This document shows, piece by piece, positions 17,430 to 27,387 of a DNA stretch of 64,000 nt. The DNA is taken from positions 32,001 through 96,000 of the IMG/VR virus record IMGVR_UViG_3300028388_003280; one strand, written 5' to 3'. A model generated the notes under the pieces. It worked only from the letters and a program-made list of their open reading frames with translations. It was not told the DNA's origin and ran no database searches. The first letter of the stretch is position 1. Each line of letters opens with the position of its first letter. The position numbers and the translations under genes were made by a program. The stretch comes from a virus.

Positions 17430-18081
17430 GAACCTGCAGCACCACCCGGAGGAGTTCTGGATGGGTTTGAGTGCTTCAGAGTGGTCTCGCAAGGAACTCC
17501 ATAACGCATTTGACAAGTACATCAACAAGGATGACGTCGGAATCGTCGTGGACATTGGTGCCAACTACGGGTTCTCCACTCGCATGTTTGCCATGTACTT
17601 TGAGCCTGATGCCATCTATGCATTTGACCCAGGTCAACGTCAGGCCCAGGTGTTCGCAGAGGTCACAGCTAAGGTCTCAAAGGAGACCCCGATCATGTTC
17701 AAGATGGTGGGCATCTACTACGGCGCCAATTCTGCTGGCCTGCTCGCCAGTCCAGATGGAAACCGCGGCGGTGACTCAATTGAGGAAGCCGGAACTGAGC
17801 ACATGGGCTACACTGAACGAGAAGTCACACAGGTAGTCAATTTGCGCACACTAGAAGATGAACTACCTGAGCATCCAGACTTTGTCAAGATCGACGTAGA
17901 GGGGTCAGAGTACAACATCATCATGAATTCGCAGATCCTACAGACTGTCAAGTATCTGCTCATTGAGTGGCACGATTCTGATATCGATCTGCCCGAGTTT
18001 TGCGCAGACTATCTGCCAAACCACGAGATCGTGTGGCAAGACTCTCGTGGGAGCACACTGCATGTACGAAAGGATCCCTGA
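17422..18081 (+). CDS. FkbM-family SAM methyltransferase
   Basis: VDIGANYG, YAFDP, FVKIDVEGSEY. Confidence 0.88.
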   Translation: MPENLQHHPEEFWMGLSASEWSRKELHNAFDKYINKDDVGIVVDIGANYGFSTRMFAMYFEPDAIYAFDPGQRQAQVFAEVTAKVSKETPIMFKMVGIYYGANSAGLLASPDGNRGGDSIEEAGTEHMGYTEREVTQVVNLRTLEDELPEHPDFVKIDVEGSEYNIIMNSQILQTVKYLLIEWHDSDIDLPEFCADYLPNHEIVWQDSRGSTLHVRKDP

Positions 18082-18827
18082 TGGACATTAGTGTGAGTAT
18101 GATCGCTGGTAACACAGCGGATACATTGGATGTGTTCTTTACCTGGGCAACTGAGCACTTTGACGAGATCAACGTAGTCGTGCAGCCCGACAACTACGAC
18201 AACACACTAGAGCTCTGCCAGTCATACGATGAGCGATTTGAAAGTATCAAGCTCATGGTATCGGAGTTCGACAACTTTAGTGCACAGTTTCAGCGTTCGA
18301 TTGACATGAGCACTAAAGACTGGACCATCCAGCTCGGCGCTGACGAAATCCTGGCTGAATTTCCATACGAAAGATTGCCCCAGATGCTAACACGCATGAA
18401 GAAGAAGGTTGCTATTCTCCCACGATTCAATCTCCAGCGTGATTACAAGCACTACAACGAAGAGGGATATCCTGATTTCCAGTGGCGCGTGATGAACCGC
18501 GCGGCTGGTATCGGGATGAATGGGAAGACCGTTGACGAGAGTCTCAATGCAGATCCAAAAGACTGCATGGTGCTTGAAGCCTGTCCAATCATTCACTTTG
18601 GCCATATTAGACCGCACGAAGCGCTGATTCAGAAGGGTAAAGATAGAATAAAGTTTGCAGATGACGACGCATGCGATGGGCCGCCACTAAAGGAACACGG
18701 CATTGAGTGGTTTGATAAGCGCAATGAGTCGTGGGACCGTGTCGCGAAGACTCTTCCACACGAATATGTGCGGCACATTGAAAAGTACTTGCCGTCAAAT
18801 AGCGTACTTAGGGGGGATCATGGCTAA
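18081..18827 (+). CDS. Glycosyltransferase, GT2-like (GT-A)
   Basis: FDNFSAQ, QLGADE (DxD variant), PDFQWR, IIHFGH. Confidence 0.7.
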   Translation: MDISVSMIAGNTADTLDVFFTWATEHFDEINVVVQPDNYDNTLELCQSYDERFESIKLMVSEFDNFSAQFQRSIDMSTKDWTIQLGADEILAEFPYERLPQMLTRMKKKVAILPRFNLQRDYKHYNEEGYPDFQWRVMNRAAGIGMNGKTVDESLNADPKDCMVLEACPIIHFGHIRPHEALIQKGKDRIKFADDDACDGPPLKEHGIEWFDKRNESWDRVAKTLPHEYVRHIEKYLPSNSVLRGDHG

Positions 18828-19767
18828 GGTATATGTTCAAGCCTGGGCTGGGCCGTGGGGCTGGCGACAGGCATTCTACGACTGGTTTGATTCGGACAAG
18901 CACGGATTTGAACTAACTGAATCGATCGCCGATGCCGATCTGGTGTTCCAAGCAGACACCACAGACTGGCGCAATGTCATTGACGCATCCAAGGGTAAGA
19001 AGCTCCTGTGCAACGTTCTTGACTTTGCCGAGTGGAAGGAGCCGGACGGCGCGCCGAGCGTTGATACCATTGCACAGGCTAAGATTTTCAAGGCTGCTGG
19101 TGCGAACTTCACCGCGATCTCAAACAAGGTGATTGAGCAGCTTGACGACTTCATCGGTGTTGAAGCCGATCTCTTCTATTACCCATCCCAGGTGACTGAA
19201 CAGCGCATGAAGGAAACTGGGCTTATTGGCGGCAAGAAGATGTTCATCACGTTCTCGCGACTGGGCGATCCTGGCAAGGCGATCCCCCAGGCCATTGAAG
19301 CATTTGAGCAGAGCAAGCTAGCTGAGGCTGGTTGGCGATATATGCTGGTCGGGCCAGAACGCCCTCCAGTTGCAACTCTGCCGAATCGGGTGATGTATGC
19401 TGGATATGTCAACGCAGACCAGCTCGCGATGATGATTCGCCAAGCCGGGTATGTGTTCATGCCTTCGTACGGTGAAGGGTTGGGACTGCCAATCATCGAG
19501 GGCAGCCTTCTTGGTACACCATATGTAACTCGTGCGATTGAGCCCATGCGGACTCTCTTGGATGAGACGTGGGATACGACGTGTGCATTCAAAGATGATG
19601 ATGCCATGTCTGCTGCGCTTGTTTCTGCAGCAAGAGACTTCAAGTCTGACAACTATGAGTGGCGCGTGAAGTGGGGCTTCGTTTCGGCTAAGCCCTGGAT
19701 CAGAGAGAACGCGTTTGATGCCTTGGCAAATAGGCTCAAATTGGAGGTGTCAGATGTTCAACATTAG
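18820..19767 (+). CDS. Glycosyltransferase, GT4-like
   Basis: SRLGDPGK, MPSYGEGLGLPIIEG (E-x7-E). Confidence 0.82.
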   Translation: MAKVYVQAWAGPWGWRQAFYDWFDSDKHGFELTESIADADLVFQADTTDWRNVIDASKGKKLLCNVLDFAEWKEPDGAPSVDTIAQAKIFKAAGANFTAISNKVIEQLDDFIGVEADLFYYPSQVTEQRMKETGLIGGKKMFITFSRLGDPGKAIPQAIEAFEQSKLAEAGWRYMLVGPERPPVATLPNRVMYAGYVNADQLAMMIRQAGYVFMPSYGEGLGLPIIEGSLLGTPYVTRAIEPMRTLLDETWDTTCAFKDDDAMSAALVSAARDFKSDNYEWRVKWGFVSAKPWIRENAFDALANRLKLEVSDVQH

Positions 19768-20506
19768 CGTCGTTGTGAGCTACTGTTCAAATGAGAACAT
19801 GTTTATCGATAAGCTGCTCTCCGAGGCCAAAAAGTTTTCTAATGATGTCATCGTTGTGCATGGTGATAAGTTCTTCAATGGCGAACCCGACCTTGAGCTC
19901 AAGAAGGATCTCAACGCTGACCATGTTTGCGCGATTGAAATTTCACCGGACCTCATTGCAAAGCACGGGCCTAGGTACTATCACAATATGTACCGCCGCG
20001 TCGGGTGGGAAGCCGCCTCCGGCGATTATGTTCTATTCCTAGATGGTGACGAGGTACCTGACGGCGAGCTGTTTGGTAAGTTTCTTAGTGAGTTCGACTA
20101 TGAGCAATTCAACGCATACACCTTTATGTGCTACTGGTATTTCAGGGAGCCAACGAATCAGGCAACGAGCCTTGAAGCATCACAGCTGATGGTCAAGCGT
20201 GATTGCTTAACGCCTGCTATGTTCAATGGTGACACTGAAAGGTTCTATACGTTTAACTCAGTTCCGGGCCCAAAGGTGAAAAACTTTAAGCCGCCAACTA
20301 TCGCCGAGCCCATGTTCCACCACTACAGCTGGGTGCGCTCTGAGGAAGAGATGGTTCGCAAAGCTACTTCATGGGGGCACAAGAATGATCGCCCTTGGGA
20401 GAAGCTTATTCGTGAGGAGTTTTCTAAATTCGGGGAACCCGGCGAGACAGATTTTGTCCACGGATATTCATATCGTCGCGTGGAGTCATTTCTAGACAAG
20501 GAATAA
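19754..20506 (+). CDS. Glycosyltransferase, GT2-like
   Basis: ISVVVSY, VLFLDGDE, FHHYSWVR. Confidence 0.75.
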   Translation: MFNISVVVSYCSNENMFIDKLLSEAKKFSNDVIVVHGDKFFNGEPDLELKKDLNADHVCAIEISPDLIAKHGPRYYHNMYRRVGWEAASGDYVLFLDGDEVPDGELFGKFLSEFDYEQFNAYTFMCYWYFREPTNQATSLEASQLMVKRDCLTPAMFNGDTERFYTFNSVPGPKVKNFKPPTIAEPMFHHYSWVRSEEEMVRKATSWGHKNDRPWEKLIREEFSKFGEPGETDFVHGYSYRRVESFLDKE

Positions 20507-20507
20507 C

Positions 20508-21119
20508 ATGGATAGAAAACCACTAGACCTTACGACATTCCTGGGATTTGAGCAATCCCAGTCAATGTATGCCATACCATATTGGGAGAAATTGCTGTTC
20601 TCACGAGATGAAGCAAAAGAAGCCACAGTGGGTGGTATTGCTAAGTTGAACCACGATTTGAGCAGGATCATTGAGATTGGGTCGGGTCAGGGTAACTTTT
20701 CATTCTATCTGTACCTAATCTCTCGTGTACACGATTTGGAATTCAGCACATATGAAATCAACCACTCGTTTATGACACAATCAGAGTTCAAGCGCGAGCT
20801 TGGATTCTATGACCACGCACACCAGAAAGATTGTTTCAGCTCTGATATTGCTGAACAGATCGCTAGACCCGGTGGCACACTGCTTTTCTGTGATGGCGGA
20901 AATAAGCCGCGAGAGTTTAATCACTTTGCCAGGTTCCTTAAGCCTGGTGATCTGATTGGTGCACATGATTGGGAGCAGGAAGAATATCAGTGGTCTGTTG
21001 AGACAAAGTACGCCCAGGTCGAACCGGCCATTAAGGAATTTGGCTTGAGGGAGATCACTATCCCCAACCAGGAAGCAGCCCTAACAAGATTCTTTGTGCG
21101 GGTAGACAGTGGAGTTTAA
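20508..21119 (+). CDS. Class I SAM methyltransferase
   Basis: IIEIGSGQG, LFCDGG, LKPGDLIGAHD. Confidence 0.72.
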   Translation: MDRKPLDLTTFLGFEQSQSMYAIPYWEKLLFSRDEAKEATVGGIAKLNHDLSRIIEIGSGQGNFSFYLYLISRVHDLEFSTYEINHSFMTQSEFKRELGFYDHAHQKDCFSSDIAEQIARPGGTLLFCDGGNKPREFNHFARFLKPGDLIGAHDWEQEEYQWSVETKYAQVEPAIKEFGLREITIPNQEAALTRFFVRVDSGV

Positions 21120-21120
21120 G

Positions 21121-22215
21121 ATGCAGATTAGAAATGACATGCTAAAGGTCCTTGGACCAGAGGGATCTGAAGCAGATGTACAGGCTGTTGGCGATGTTTT
21201 GCGCAGTGGGTGGTGGGGTAACGGTCCAAAAGTTGCTGAGCTTGAAGAGCGGTTTGCCGCACTGGTCGGGCACAAGTATGCATTGGCTGTGACCAGCAAT
21301 TCTCATGGACAAGATTTGGTATTGAAGGCCCTTGGCATCAAAGGCGTTGATGTCATCAACCCAACCATGTCATTTGCTACCACTGCAATTGTTCCGCTGT
21401 GGAATGACTGTACGACGAACATAGTCGACGTCGACCCGCATGCACTCAACATTACTGCAGAGGAGGTTGATCGGTGGAAGAAGCCAAATACCGAAGTCGT
21501 GATTGCTGTGAATATGGCGGGCGTCAATTCTCCAATCCCAGAGATCAGGAAAGTCTTCGGCGGATTCATCATCGAGGACTGTGCGCATAGCTGCTACACG
21601 CCTGGTGCTGGGCTGCGTGGTGATGTCGCTGTGTGGTCATTTCAGTCTGTCAAATCAATTCCAATTGGTGATGGCGGAATGATTACTACAGATGACAGGG
21701 AGCTGTATGAGAAGATGAAGTCCATGATCTGGTTTGGGGTTTCATCTACCTGGTCTCGTGTTGGTAAGAAGGGCTATTCATGGGACTATGACATTGACCA
21801 CCTCGGGTACAAATACTACATGATTGATATCCTCGCTGCCTTGGGCCTTTCGCAGCTCGATAGGCTGGATCAGACTTTGAAGCGTAGGCAGCATGTCAGG
21901 GATCGGTATAACGCCGAGCTGCATCCTGCTGTGGGTCGCCCGATTGATTCGGATACTGTGCAATACTATGTGGCTAGGGTGCCATCAAATCTCCGTGATG
22001 CATTGATTGATTACCTGGCGGATAAGAAGATTCACACGTCAGTGCATTTCAAGCCTCTCCATAAGTTCACACTGTTGCAAAACGACAGGAGCTACCCAGT
22101 TGCAGATAAGGAGTGGCTAAAGCTAGTCAGTTTGCCATGCAACAACACAATGACAGATGACGACATCCAGTATGTTGTCTATTGGGTCAACAAATTCTTT
22201 GAGGAGCAACTATGA
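21121..22215 (+). CDS. DegT/DnrJ/EryC1/StrS PLP-dependent sugar aminotransferase
   Basis: GPKVAELEERFA, IIEDCAHS, SFQSVKSIPIGDGGMI. Confidence 0.93.
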   Translation: MQIRNDMLKVLGPEGSEADVQAVGDVLRSGWWGNGPKVAELEERFAALVGHKYALAVTSNSHGQDLVLKALGIKGVDVINPTMSFATTAIVPLWNDCTTNIVDVDPHALNITAEEVDRWKKPNTEVVIAVNMAGVNSPIPEIRKVFGGFIIEDCAHSCYTPGAGLRGDVAVWSFQSVKSIPIGDGGMITTDDRELYEKMKSMIWFGVSSTWSRVGKKGYSWDYDIDHLGYKYYMIDILAALGLSQLDRLDQTLKRRQHVRDRYNAELHPAVGRPIDSDTVQYYVARVPSNLRDALIDYLADKKIHTSVHFKPLHKFTLLQNDRSYPVADKEWLKLVSLPCNNTMTDDDIQYVVYWVNKFFEEQL

Positions 22216-22910
22216 AAATCGCACTTGGCATTGGGACAATAAACAGGGCAGACATTCTACATCGAAGCCTCGAGGACTTGTCTGAAAATTTTGCAGAGAT
22301 GCTTACTGATTTTGTCATCATTGACAACGGAAATCAGAACATCGTGATACCGGATAACTTGCCACAGAATATCATCCGTCCAGCCAAGAATCAAGGTTGC
22401 GGTGGGAGCTGGTCAATGATTATGGATCACTTTGTTGATAGGCCAGACATTGACCACATCATCATGCCAAGTGACGATGTCATTTTGGGCAAACGTTTTG
22501 CAGACGATCTAGAGACAGCGCTTTCACAGCCATATGATGTACTGTTACCAGAGGTTAACTATCACTGGTCTGTTGTCTCAATTTCAAAGCATTGCTGGAA
22601 GACTGTTGGTCGATTCGATCCAATCTTTTATCCTGCATACCATGAAGATTGGGACTACTGGTATAGGGTTGAGCTTGCTGGTATGAGTCTAACCCGCACG
22701 CCCCTATTCAATCCGGGTGAATTTACAAACGGTGGCTCAATTTCAAAGGACAGATCCCTCGCAAATCATCAGACTGGCAGCTATTACCAGAGAAAGTGGG
22801 GTGGCTCGAGGAACGGCAAGACTGAAAAGTACACTGAGCCATATAACGGTGACGTTGAGATGCAGAGGCAGATGCACATACTTGGTCAGCGAAATCTTGG
22901 AAGGATTTGA
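22212..22910 (+). CDS. Glycosyltransferase, GT2-like
   Basis: IIDNG, NQGCGGSW, SDD, VGRFD..FYPAYHEDWDY..R. Confidence 0.8.
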   Translation: MKIALGIGTINRADILHRSLEDLSENFAEMLTDFVIIDNGNQNIVIPDNLPQNIIRPAKNQGCGGSWSMIMDHFVDRPDIDHIIMPSDDVILGKRFADDLETALSQPYDVLLPEVNYHWSVVSISKHCWKTVGRFDPIFYPAYHEDWDYWYRVELAGMSLTRTPLFNPGEFTNGGSISKDRSLANHQTGSYYQRKWGGSRNGKTEKYTEPYNGDVEMQRQMHILGQRNLGRI

Positions 22911-22911
22911 C

Positions 22912-23925
22912 ATGCAACCACGCAAACTATTCATTGACGACAGCCAGGACCCATGGATCACTTGGGACTCAGACCTATACAAACTACAGGAAGCTTCCAG
23001 GGGTACACCCAAGGATATGCCAGGTTTCTATGGCATCGAGGTCGTAGCTAACCCATGGATGGCAGACCTGTTCTTCATCAACCACAACACAATCGACATC
23101 CGTGATGAGCTGTTCAAGGGCAAGGACGTGTTTGTCTTCATGCCTGAGTTTCCACAGAACGCACAAGAGCAGCTGAAGACACTCCAGGATGTCAAGTACG
23201 CAGATGACAACAATTGGACCGTGGTCACCGAGAGCCAAGAGCTCTATGATAAGCTCCAGGGTCTAGGATTGAAGCAGGAGCCGTGGCTGTGGCGCCGACC
23301 AAGCAGAGTGTCAGCAGACGAGGTGTTCAATGAGACCCCACTCAATGAACGCAAGTGCAAGATCGTAGCTGTGTTTGATGCCGGACATCCGCTCAGCCAT
23401 GCTGCTGAGCTCGTCAAGGGATATCTCAGTGCGTTCATGGTCCTCCGCGATGACTACAACACAGAGCCAATTCTTGAGATCTATAGCCACTCTGATATGC
23501 CGTTTGAGCCATTCAATGAGATCCACTTCCAAGGTATGACGCCCAACAAGCGCATGTTCAAGGCGCTCAGGGACGCCACACTGTTCATCTTCCCATCAGA
23601 GACGGACAAGTATCCTAACACCATGATGGAGGCTGCACAGCTTGGCGTACCATCAATTCAATTCTGGGATGATAGCAGCCCCATCCGGCAACACCTGATG
23701 TTCCCAGACCAAGAATGGTCCAGGTTCAGGACTTCAGAAGAGCTCGCCGACAAGATCGTTGAGCACTTCAGCACATTTGATGATTTGGACCGCGTCAACG
23801 ACACCATCAACCACCAGAAGTCGGTGGTCGCCGAGGAGTCCATGGAGTACGGCTGTGAGATCTTCATCACAGAGATGGCTAGAAGGCTATCCTTGGCAAT
23901 GTTTGCTGACGAAGAGGCCCTGTAA
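22912..23925 (+). CDS. Divergent GT-B glycosyltransferase
   Basis: LFIFPSETDKYPNTMMEAAQLGVP donor-binding motif. Confidence 0.65.
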   Translation: MQPRKLFIDDSQDPWITWDSDLYKLQEASRGTPKDMPGFYGIEVVANPWMADLFFINHNTIDIRDELFKGKDVFVFMPEFPQNAQEQLKTLQDVKYADDNNWTVVTESQELYDKLQGLGLKQEPWLWRRPSRVSADEVFNETPLNERKCKIVAVFDAGHPLSHAAELVKGYLSAFMVLRDDYNTEPILEIYSHSDMPFEPFNEIHFQGMTPNKRMFKALRDATLFIFPSETDKYPNTMMEAAQLGVPSIQFWDDSSPIRQHLMFPDQEWSRFRTSEELADKIVEHFSTFDDLDRVNDTINHQKSVVAEESMEYGCEIFITEMARRLSLAMFADEEAL

Positions 23926-23933
23926 TATTCGGG

Positions 23934-23963
23934 GTGTACAATGGTCTGCCGGTCTGGTAGGAT
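23934..23963 (+). promoter_or_regulatory. sigma70-type promoter
   Basis: GTGTACA-N14-TGG-TAGGAT followed by GGAGG and ATG23982. Confidence 0.8.
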
Positions 23964-23981
23964 CGACAGCGGAGGTATATC

Positions 23982-24716
23982 ATGAGCTCCATCAACGAGC
24001 ACAGGCTAGCGCCTGTTATTCACAAACTAGCAGATCAGGTGCGGGCCGAGAAGTTCGTCACTGATAAGTCAGGCGTCAAGCTTGTCGAGATCATTGCGGA
24101 GCCCATCACTCTTGATCCAACACAGCCAATCCTCGAGTTTGGCGAAGCCCGCAAGACGCCCATGAAGTACGTCAATGCTGAGCTTGAATGGTATCTGAGC
24201 ATGGATCTCAGGGTAGACGAAATTGCCAAACATGCTGGCATCTGGGCCAAGGTTGCGGATTCAAACGGCTTTGTCAACTCCAACTATGGGTGGTGCATCT
24301 TCTCACCACAGAACGGTGCACAGTACGAAAACTGTCTTAGTGAACTCATCGCCTTCCCCGACTCTCGCCGCGCGGTGATGATCTACAACCGGCCGGAGAT
24401 GTGGCAGGATTACAACCGTGATGGCATGTCGGACTTCATGTGCACGTTTGCAACGCAGCACCTGATTCGCGACGACAAGCTGGTCTCCATCGTCAACATG
24501 CGAAGCAACGATTTCGTATTCGGCTTCTTCAACGACTTCTACTGGCAGGCGTGGGTGCACAATCACCTTCTGCACGCACTACAACGAGCGGCGTACCCTG
24601 ATCTCGCGAGTGGCAAGATCGTGTGGGTCGCCAATTCCCTACATGTATACGAAAGACACTTCCCAATGTTGCTCAATATTGAGCGCTGGTTGGAAACGAA
24701 AGGACACGATGGCTGA
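23982..24716 (+). CDS. dCMP hydroxymethyltransferase (T4 gp42-like thymidylate synthase homologue)
   Basis: FVTDKSGVK, ELEWY, NSNYGW, DSRRAVMIY.RP, DGMSDFMCT, MRSND..FGF.ND, SLHVY; Asp rather than Asn at the base-specificity position. Confidence 0.88.
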   Translation: MSSINEHRLAPVIHKLADQVRAEKFVTDKSGVKLVEIIAEPITLDPTQPILEFGEARKTPMKYVNAELEWYLSMDLRVDEIAKHAGIWAKVADSNGFVNSNYGWCIFSPQNGAQYENCLSELIAFPDSRRAVMIYNRPEMWQDYNRDGMSDFMCTFATQHLIRDDKLVSIVNMRSNDFVFGFFNDFYWQAWVHNHLLHALQRAAYPDLASGKIVWVANSLHVYERHFPMLLNIERWLETKGHDG

Positions 24717-25320
24717 GTGCTTCGTTTACTGGATCACACCAGATCCGTCGTTGGACATATCCACATGTGGGTATGTTGGCGTGTCCAAGGATCCGGCGAA
24801 GAGGCATAAGGTTCATATCCGAGAAGGCCGTGTTCCTTCAGGTACTAAGCAGTTCATCATTTTCTCTGGCACCCGTAAGCAGTGCTTCGCCAAGGAACGA
24901 GAGCTAAGACCTAAGAAAGGGATTGGGTGGAATCGTGCAGTTGGTGGCGCGCATGGATATCGCGAGGGGTTCGTGATGCCTCAATCTGCTATCGATAAGT
25001 CACGAGAGAATAGAGACTATGGGGACCCCTGGAACAAAGGCCTAACCCACGCTGAAGACCCAAGGATTGCCACTGGAAACACTGACCCGTCTCGGGCAGA
25101 TCGAATGAGGAAAGTGGGCAAATCAAATCTAGGTAAGACATCGCCACACAAAGGAAAGCACCACGGTCCACGACCACACACAAAAGAGCACACTGAAAAG
25201 CGGCTTGCTGCAACTAGGAAGTTTTGGGATGATCCCGAGAAATCAGAGCATCTCAGAAAACAACGATCTGAACGTATGAAGAAATATCATGAACAGAGGA
25301 GACTAAATGGTAAAGCCTAA
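24709..25320 (+). mobile_element. Free-standing GIY-YIG homing endonuclease with NUMOD-like basic tail
   Basis: FVYWI...GYVGVS..P.KR..H, E..L, GWN; PWNKG and SPHKGK repeats. Confidence 0.8.
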
Positions 25321-25984
25321 CCTAATCGCGCACGAGCTGGGACATGTCCTGTTTTCGTATCTGTATGACAAGGATTCATACCCAACCTCTATGGTTCTGA
25401 AATCTGATGGCAACACAGCGGCGTGTGTCAACTTCGACGAGTACGAGGATCTCCCCGTTGCCAATGGTCAGATTGCTCGGATCCCGTCGGCGTCGTACCT
25501 TGGTGGCATGTTCGGCGAGTTCATCTGGAACGGTCGGTGCCGAGTCATGGGCATCCGCGCAGACATGGATGAGCTTCTGACTGAATACCGGTACATCAAG
25601 AATGGTAAGCGTCCTGGCGGTAAGGGCGGAGTTCACGATAGTGAGCACCGATACCGTCGTTCACAGTCCAAGCTCTTCAAGGAGCTATGGGCTTGGTTCT
25701 ACACAGATCGAGACCAGTGGTCATATGGCGGCATGATGAAGCGGTGGATGGACTGCCCGAATAACCGGTCGGGTACAATCATGACGACCAGCCGCTTCAA
25801 GAAGCGACTGCCTGAGACCTACAAGGTATTTGAGACGTTCTGCTCAGACATTGATCTTGACGAGTTCGTCAACTCGGTCACTGATATTCAGAGGTCGAGC
25901 TCGACCAGGCTTCAGAGTCGAACCCTACGTAAGTACGGCCGCCGTATCATCCCAGATACGGTCATGCATCCGGAGGACATCTAA
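25307..25984 (+). CDS. HExxH metallopeptidase-like protein (M41-like)
   Basis: IAHELGH, then LGG..GE and a later Asp. Confidence 0.5.
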   Translation: MVKPNLIAHELGHVLFSYLYDKDSYPTSMVLKSDGNTAACVNFDEYEDLPVANGQIARIPSASYLGGMFGEFIWNGRCRVMGIRADMDELLTEYRYIKNGKRPGGKGGVHDSEHRYRRSQSKLFKELWAWFYTDRDQWSYGGMMKRWMDCPNNRSGTIMTTSRFKKRLPETYKVFETFCSDIDLDEFVNSVTDIQRSSSTRLQSRTLRKYGRRIIPDTVMHPEDI

Positions 25985-26301
25985 TGGATTGGCTACCTCT
26001 AGCTTCTTACATCACAAATGGCATCCTCGTTGTAATAGTAGCCCTGGGAATCATCGTGATTCGGGGTATGCTAGCATCAAGAGATAGTATGATTGACAGC
26101 TACAAGCGCCGAGATTTGACTGGACGTGAACGTGAGGATATCAGGAGACGGCTGTTGGCTAGTGGAACATCTGCGATCCACCCACATGAAATCTTGGACC
26201 TGATCTACACGTTCCGCAGTGTCGAGCTCGGTCAATACGAAGATAAAGACCCATACGTGCCAGCGGACCCATATGACGACATTGAGGAGTACATTGGATG
26301 A
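25984..26301 (+). CDS. Membrane-anchored hypothetical protein
   Basis: N-terminal hydrophobic helix. Confidence 0.6.
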   Translation: MDWLPLASYITNGILVVIVALGIIVIRGMLASRDSMIDSYKRRDLTGREREDIRRRLLASGTSAIHPHEILDLIYTFRSVELGQYEDKDPYVPADPYDDIEEYIG

Positions 26302-26552
26302 TGAAGACTGTGCTCAAACGAATTGCACCCGGATACTACTCGGGCCTTGGGAAAACGACCGTCGACGGCAAGCCAGTAAAGCTGAAGATCAACGTTATCA
26401 GAGCTCAAGCTGGAGCTTGGTATTGGCAAATTGACAATGAAGACGCACACGATTGGTACCCAACGAAAAGGGACGCAAAGGATGCCCTCGACCGCGTCCT
26501 TGCAACGGGGTTCAGGCTAGATCCCCGCTACGGTCGAGTCATCGATCGGTGA
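26298..26552 (+). CDS. Hypothetical protein
   Basis: GAGGAG RBS; overlapping start/stop. Confidence 0.6.
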   Translation: MMKTVLKRIAPGYYSGLGKTTVDGKPVKLKINVIRAQAGAWYWQIDNEDAHDWYPTKRDAKDALDRVLATGFRLDPRYGRVIDR

Positions 26553-26595
26553 TCTTCCGAGGCCTCGCGGGTAATTAGAGATACAGGAGCACACA

Positions 26596-26961
26596 GTGCC
26601 TAGGAATAGAGATTACTGGAACGCACTCGAGGCCCACATACGTACGAACCCCCACGACCTGTATGGTATGGGTTCAACACATGGCGCAAACGCACTGCGC
26701 CGGCTCGCCAAGCTCATCGCCCGTCATGCCAAGATCCACAAGAGCAGGGAAGACACTATTGCGTACGCTCATAGCAAACTCGCTGATCTTCATGCTACTG
26801 GTTATATCCAAGCTCTCAGTCCTGGAGCCTGTAAGGGCATCTGCGAGCTCATTGCACCGATATATGACTTCAATGGATGGAAGCCGATCGAAGCAGATGA
26901 GCTCCTCACAGCAGGAGGCGACGATGCACAGCCACAAGTTCAACTACCCCGCAAACATTAA
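26596..26961 (+). CDS. Hypothetical protein
   Basis: AGGAG upstream of GTG. Confidence 0.55.
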   Translation: MPRNRDYWNALEAHIRTNPHDLYGMGSTHGANALRRLAKLIARHAKIHKSREDTIAYAHSKLADLHATGYIQALSPGACKGICELIAPIYDFNGWKPIEADELLTAGGDDAQPQVQLPRKH

Positions 26962-27184
26962 CCCCTGCCGCTTCTGCGGTAGTGAGGACGTAGCGCTCGA
27001 CGCTGCACTTATCCGTTTGAATGACGGACACCTCACAACGCTATTCAATCTCGGATGCACAGAATGTGGCTATACCACTCGAGACTATGAATACCCTGAC
27101 ATTGCTGCCCACGCTTGGAACATGGCGGCCAAGCTTGAGATCAATGCGCTCCTAGACGCGGTGGCAGATCCTACAGAGCAATGA
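26924..27184 (+). CDS. Lar-like (restriction alleviation) zinc-binding protein
   Basis: PCRFCG...CTECG...AAHAWN; AGGAGG RBS. Confidence 0.65.
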   Translation: MHSHKFNYPANINPCRFCGSEDVALDAALIRLNDGHLTTLFNLGCTECGYTTRDYEYPDIAAHAWNMAAKLEINALLDAVADPTEQ

Positions 27185-27387
27185 GGGCCTACGACATCAT
27201 GCCAATTGGTGGATCCTGGCCGTGGATCCAGGCTGAGCGCTTCGACGGAAAGTCGATGTACCGCTTAGCCCTGCCTCCAGATGTGCTTACAGAATGGCAT
27301 GTACATTTACCCGATGCTATAGTAGAGTGGAACGACATGGCAGCAGTACGCTCAATGAAGGAGATCGTCGACAGTGAAGAAGATTAG
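27181..27387 (+). CDS. Hypothetical protein
   Basis: ATGA coupling to the upstream gene. Confidence 0.5.
   Translation: MRAYDIMPIGGSWPWIQAERFDGKSMYRLALPPDVLTEWHVHLPDAIVEWNDMAAVRSMKEIVDSEED

Noticed and set aside
23982-25320. Canonical thymidylate synthase with a group I intron (td/I-TevI style)
   Set aside because: Specificity residue and motifs match gp42; the gene is uninterrupted and the endonuclease lies after it
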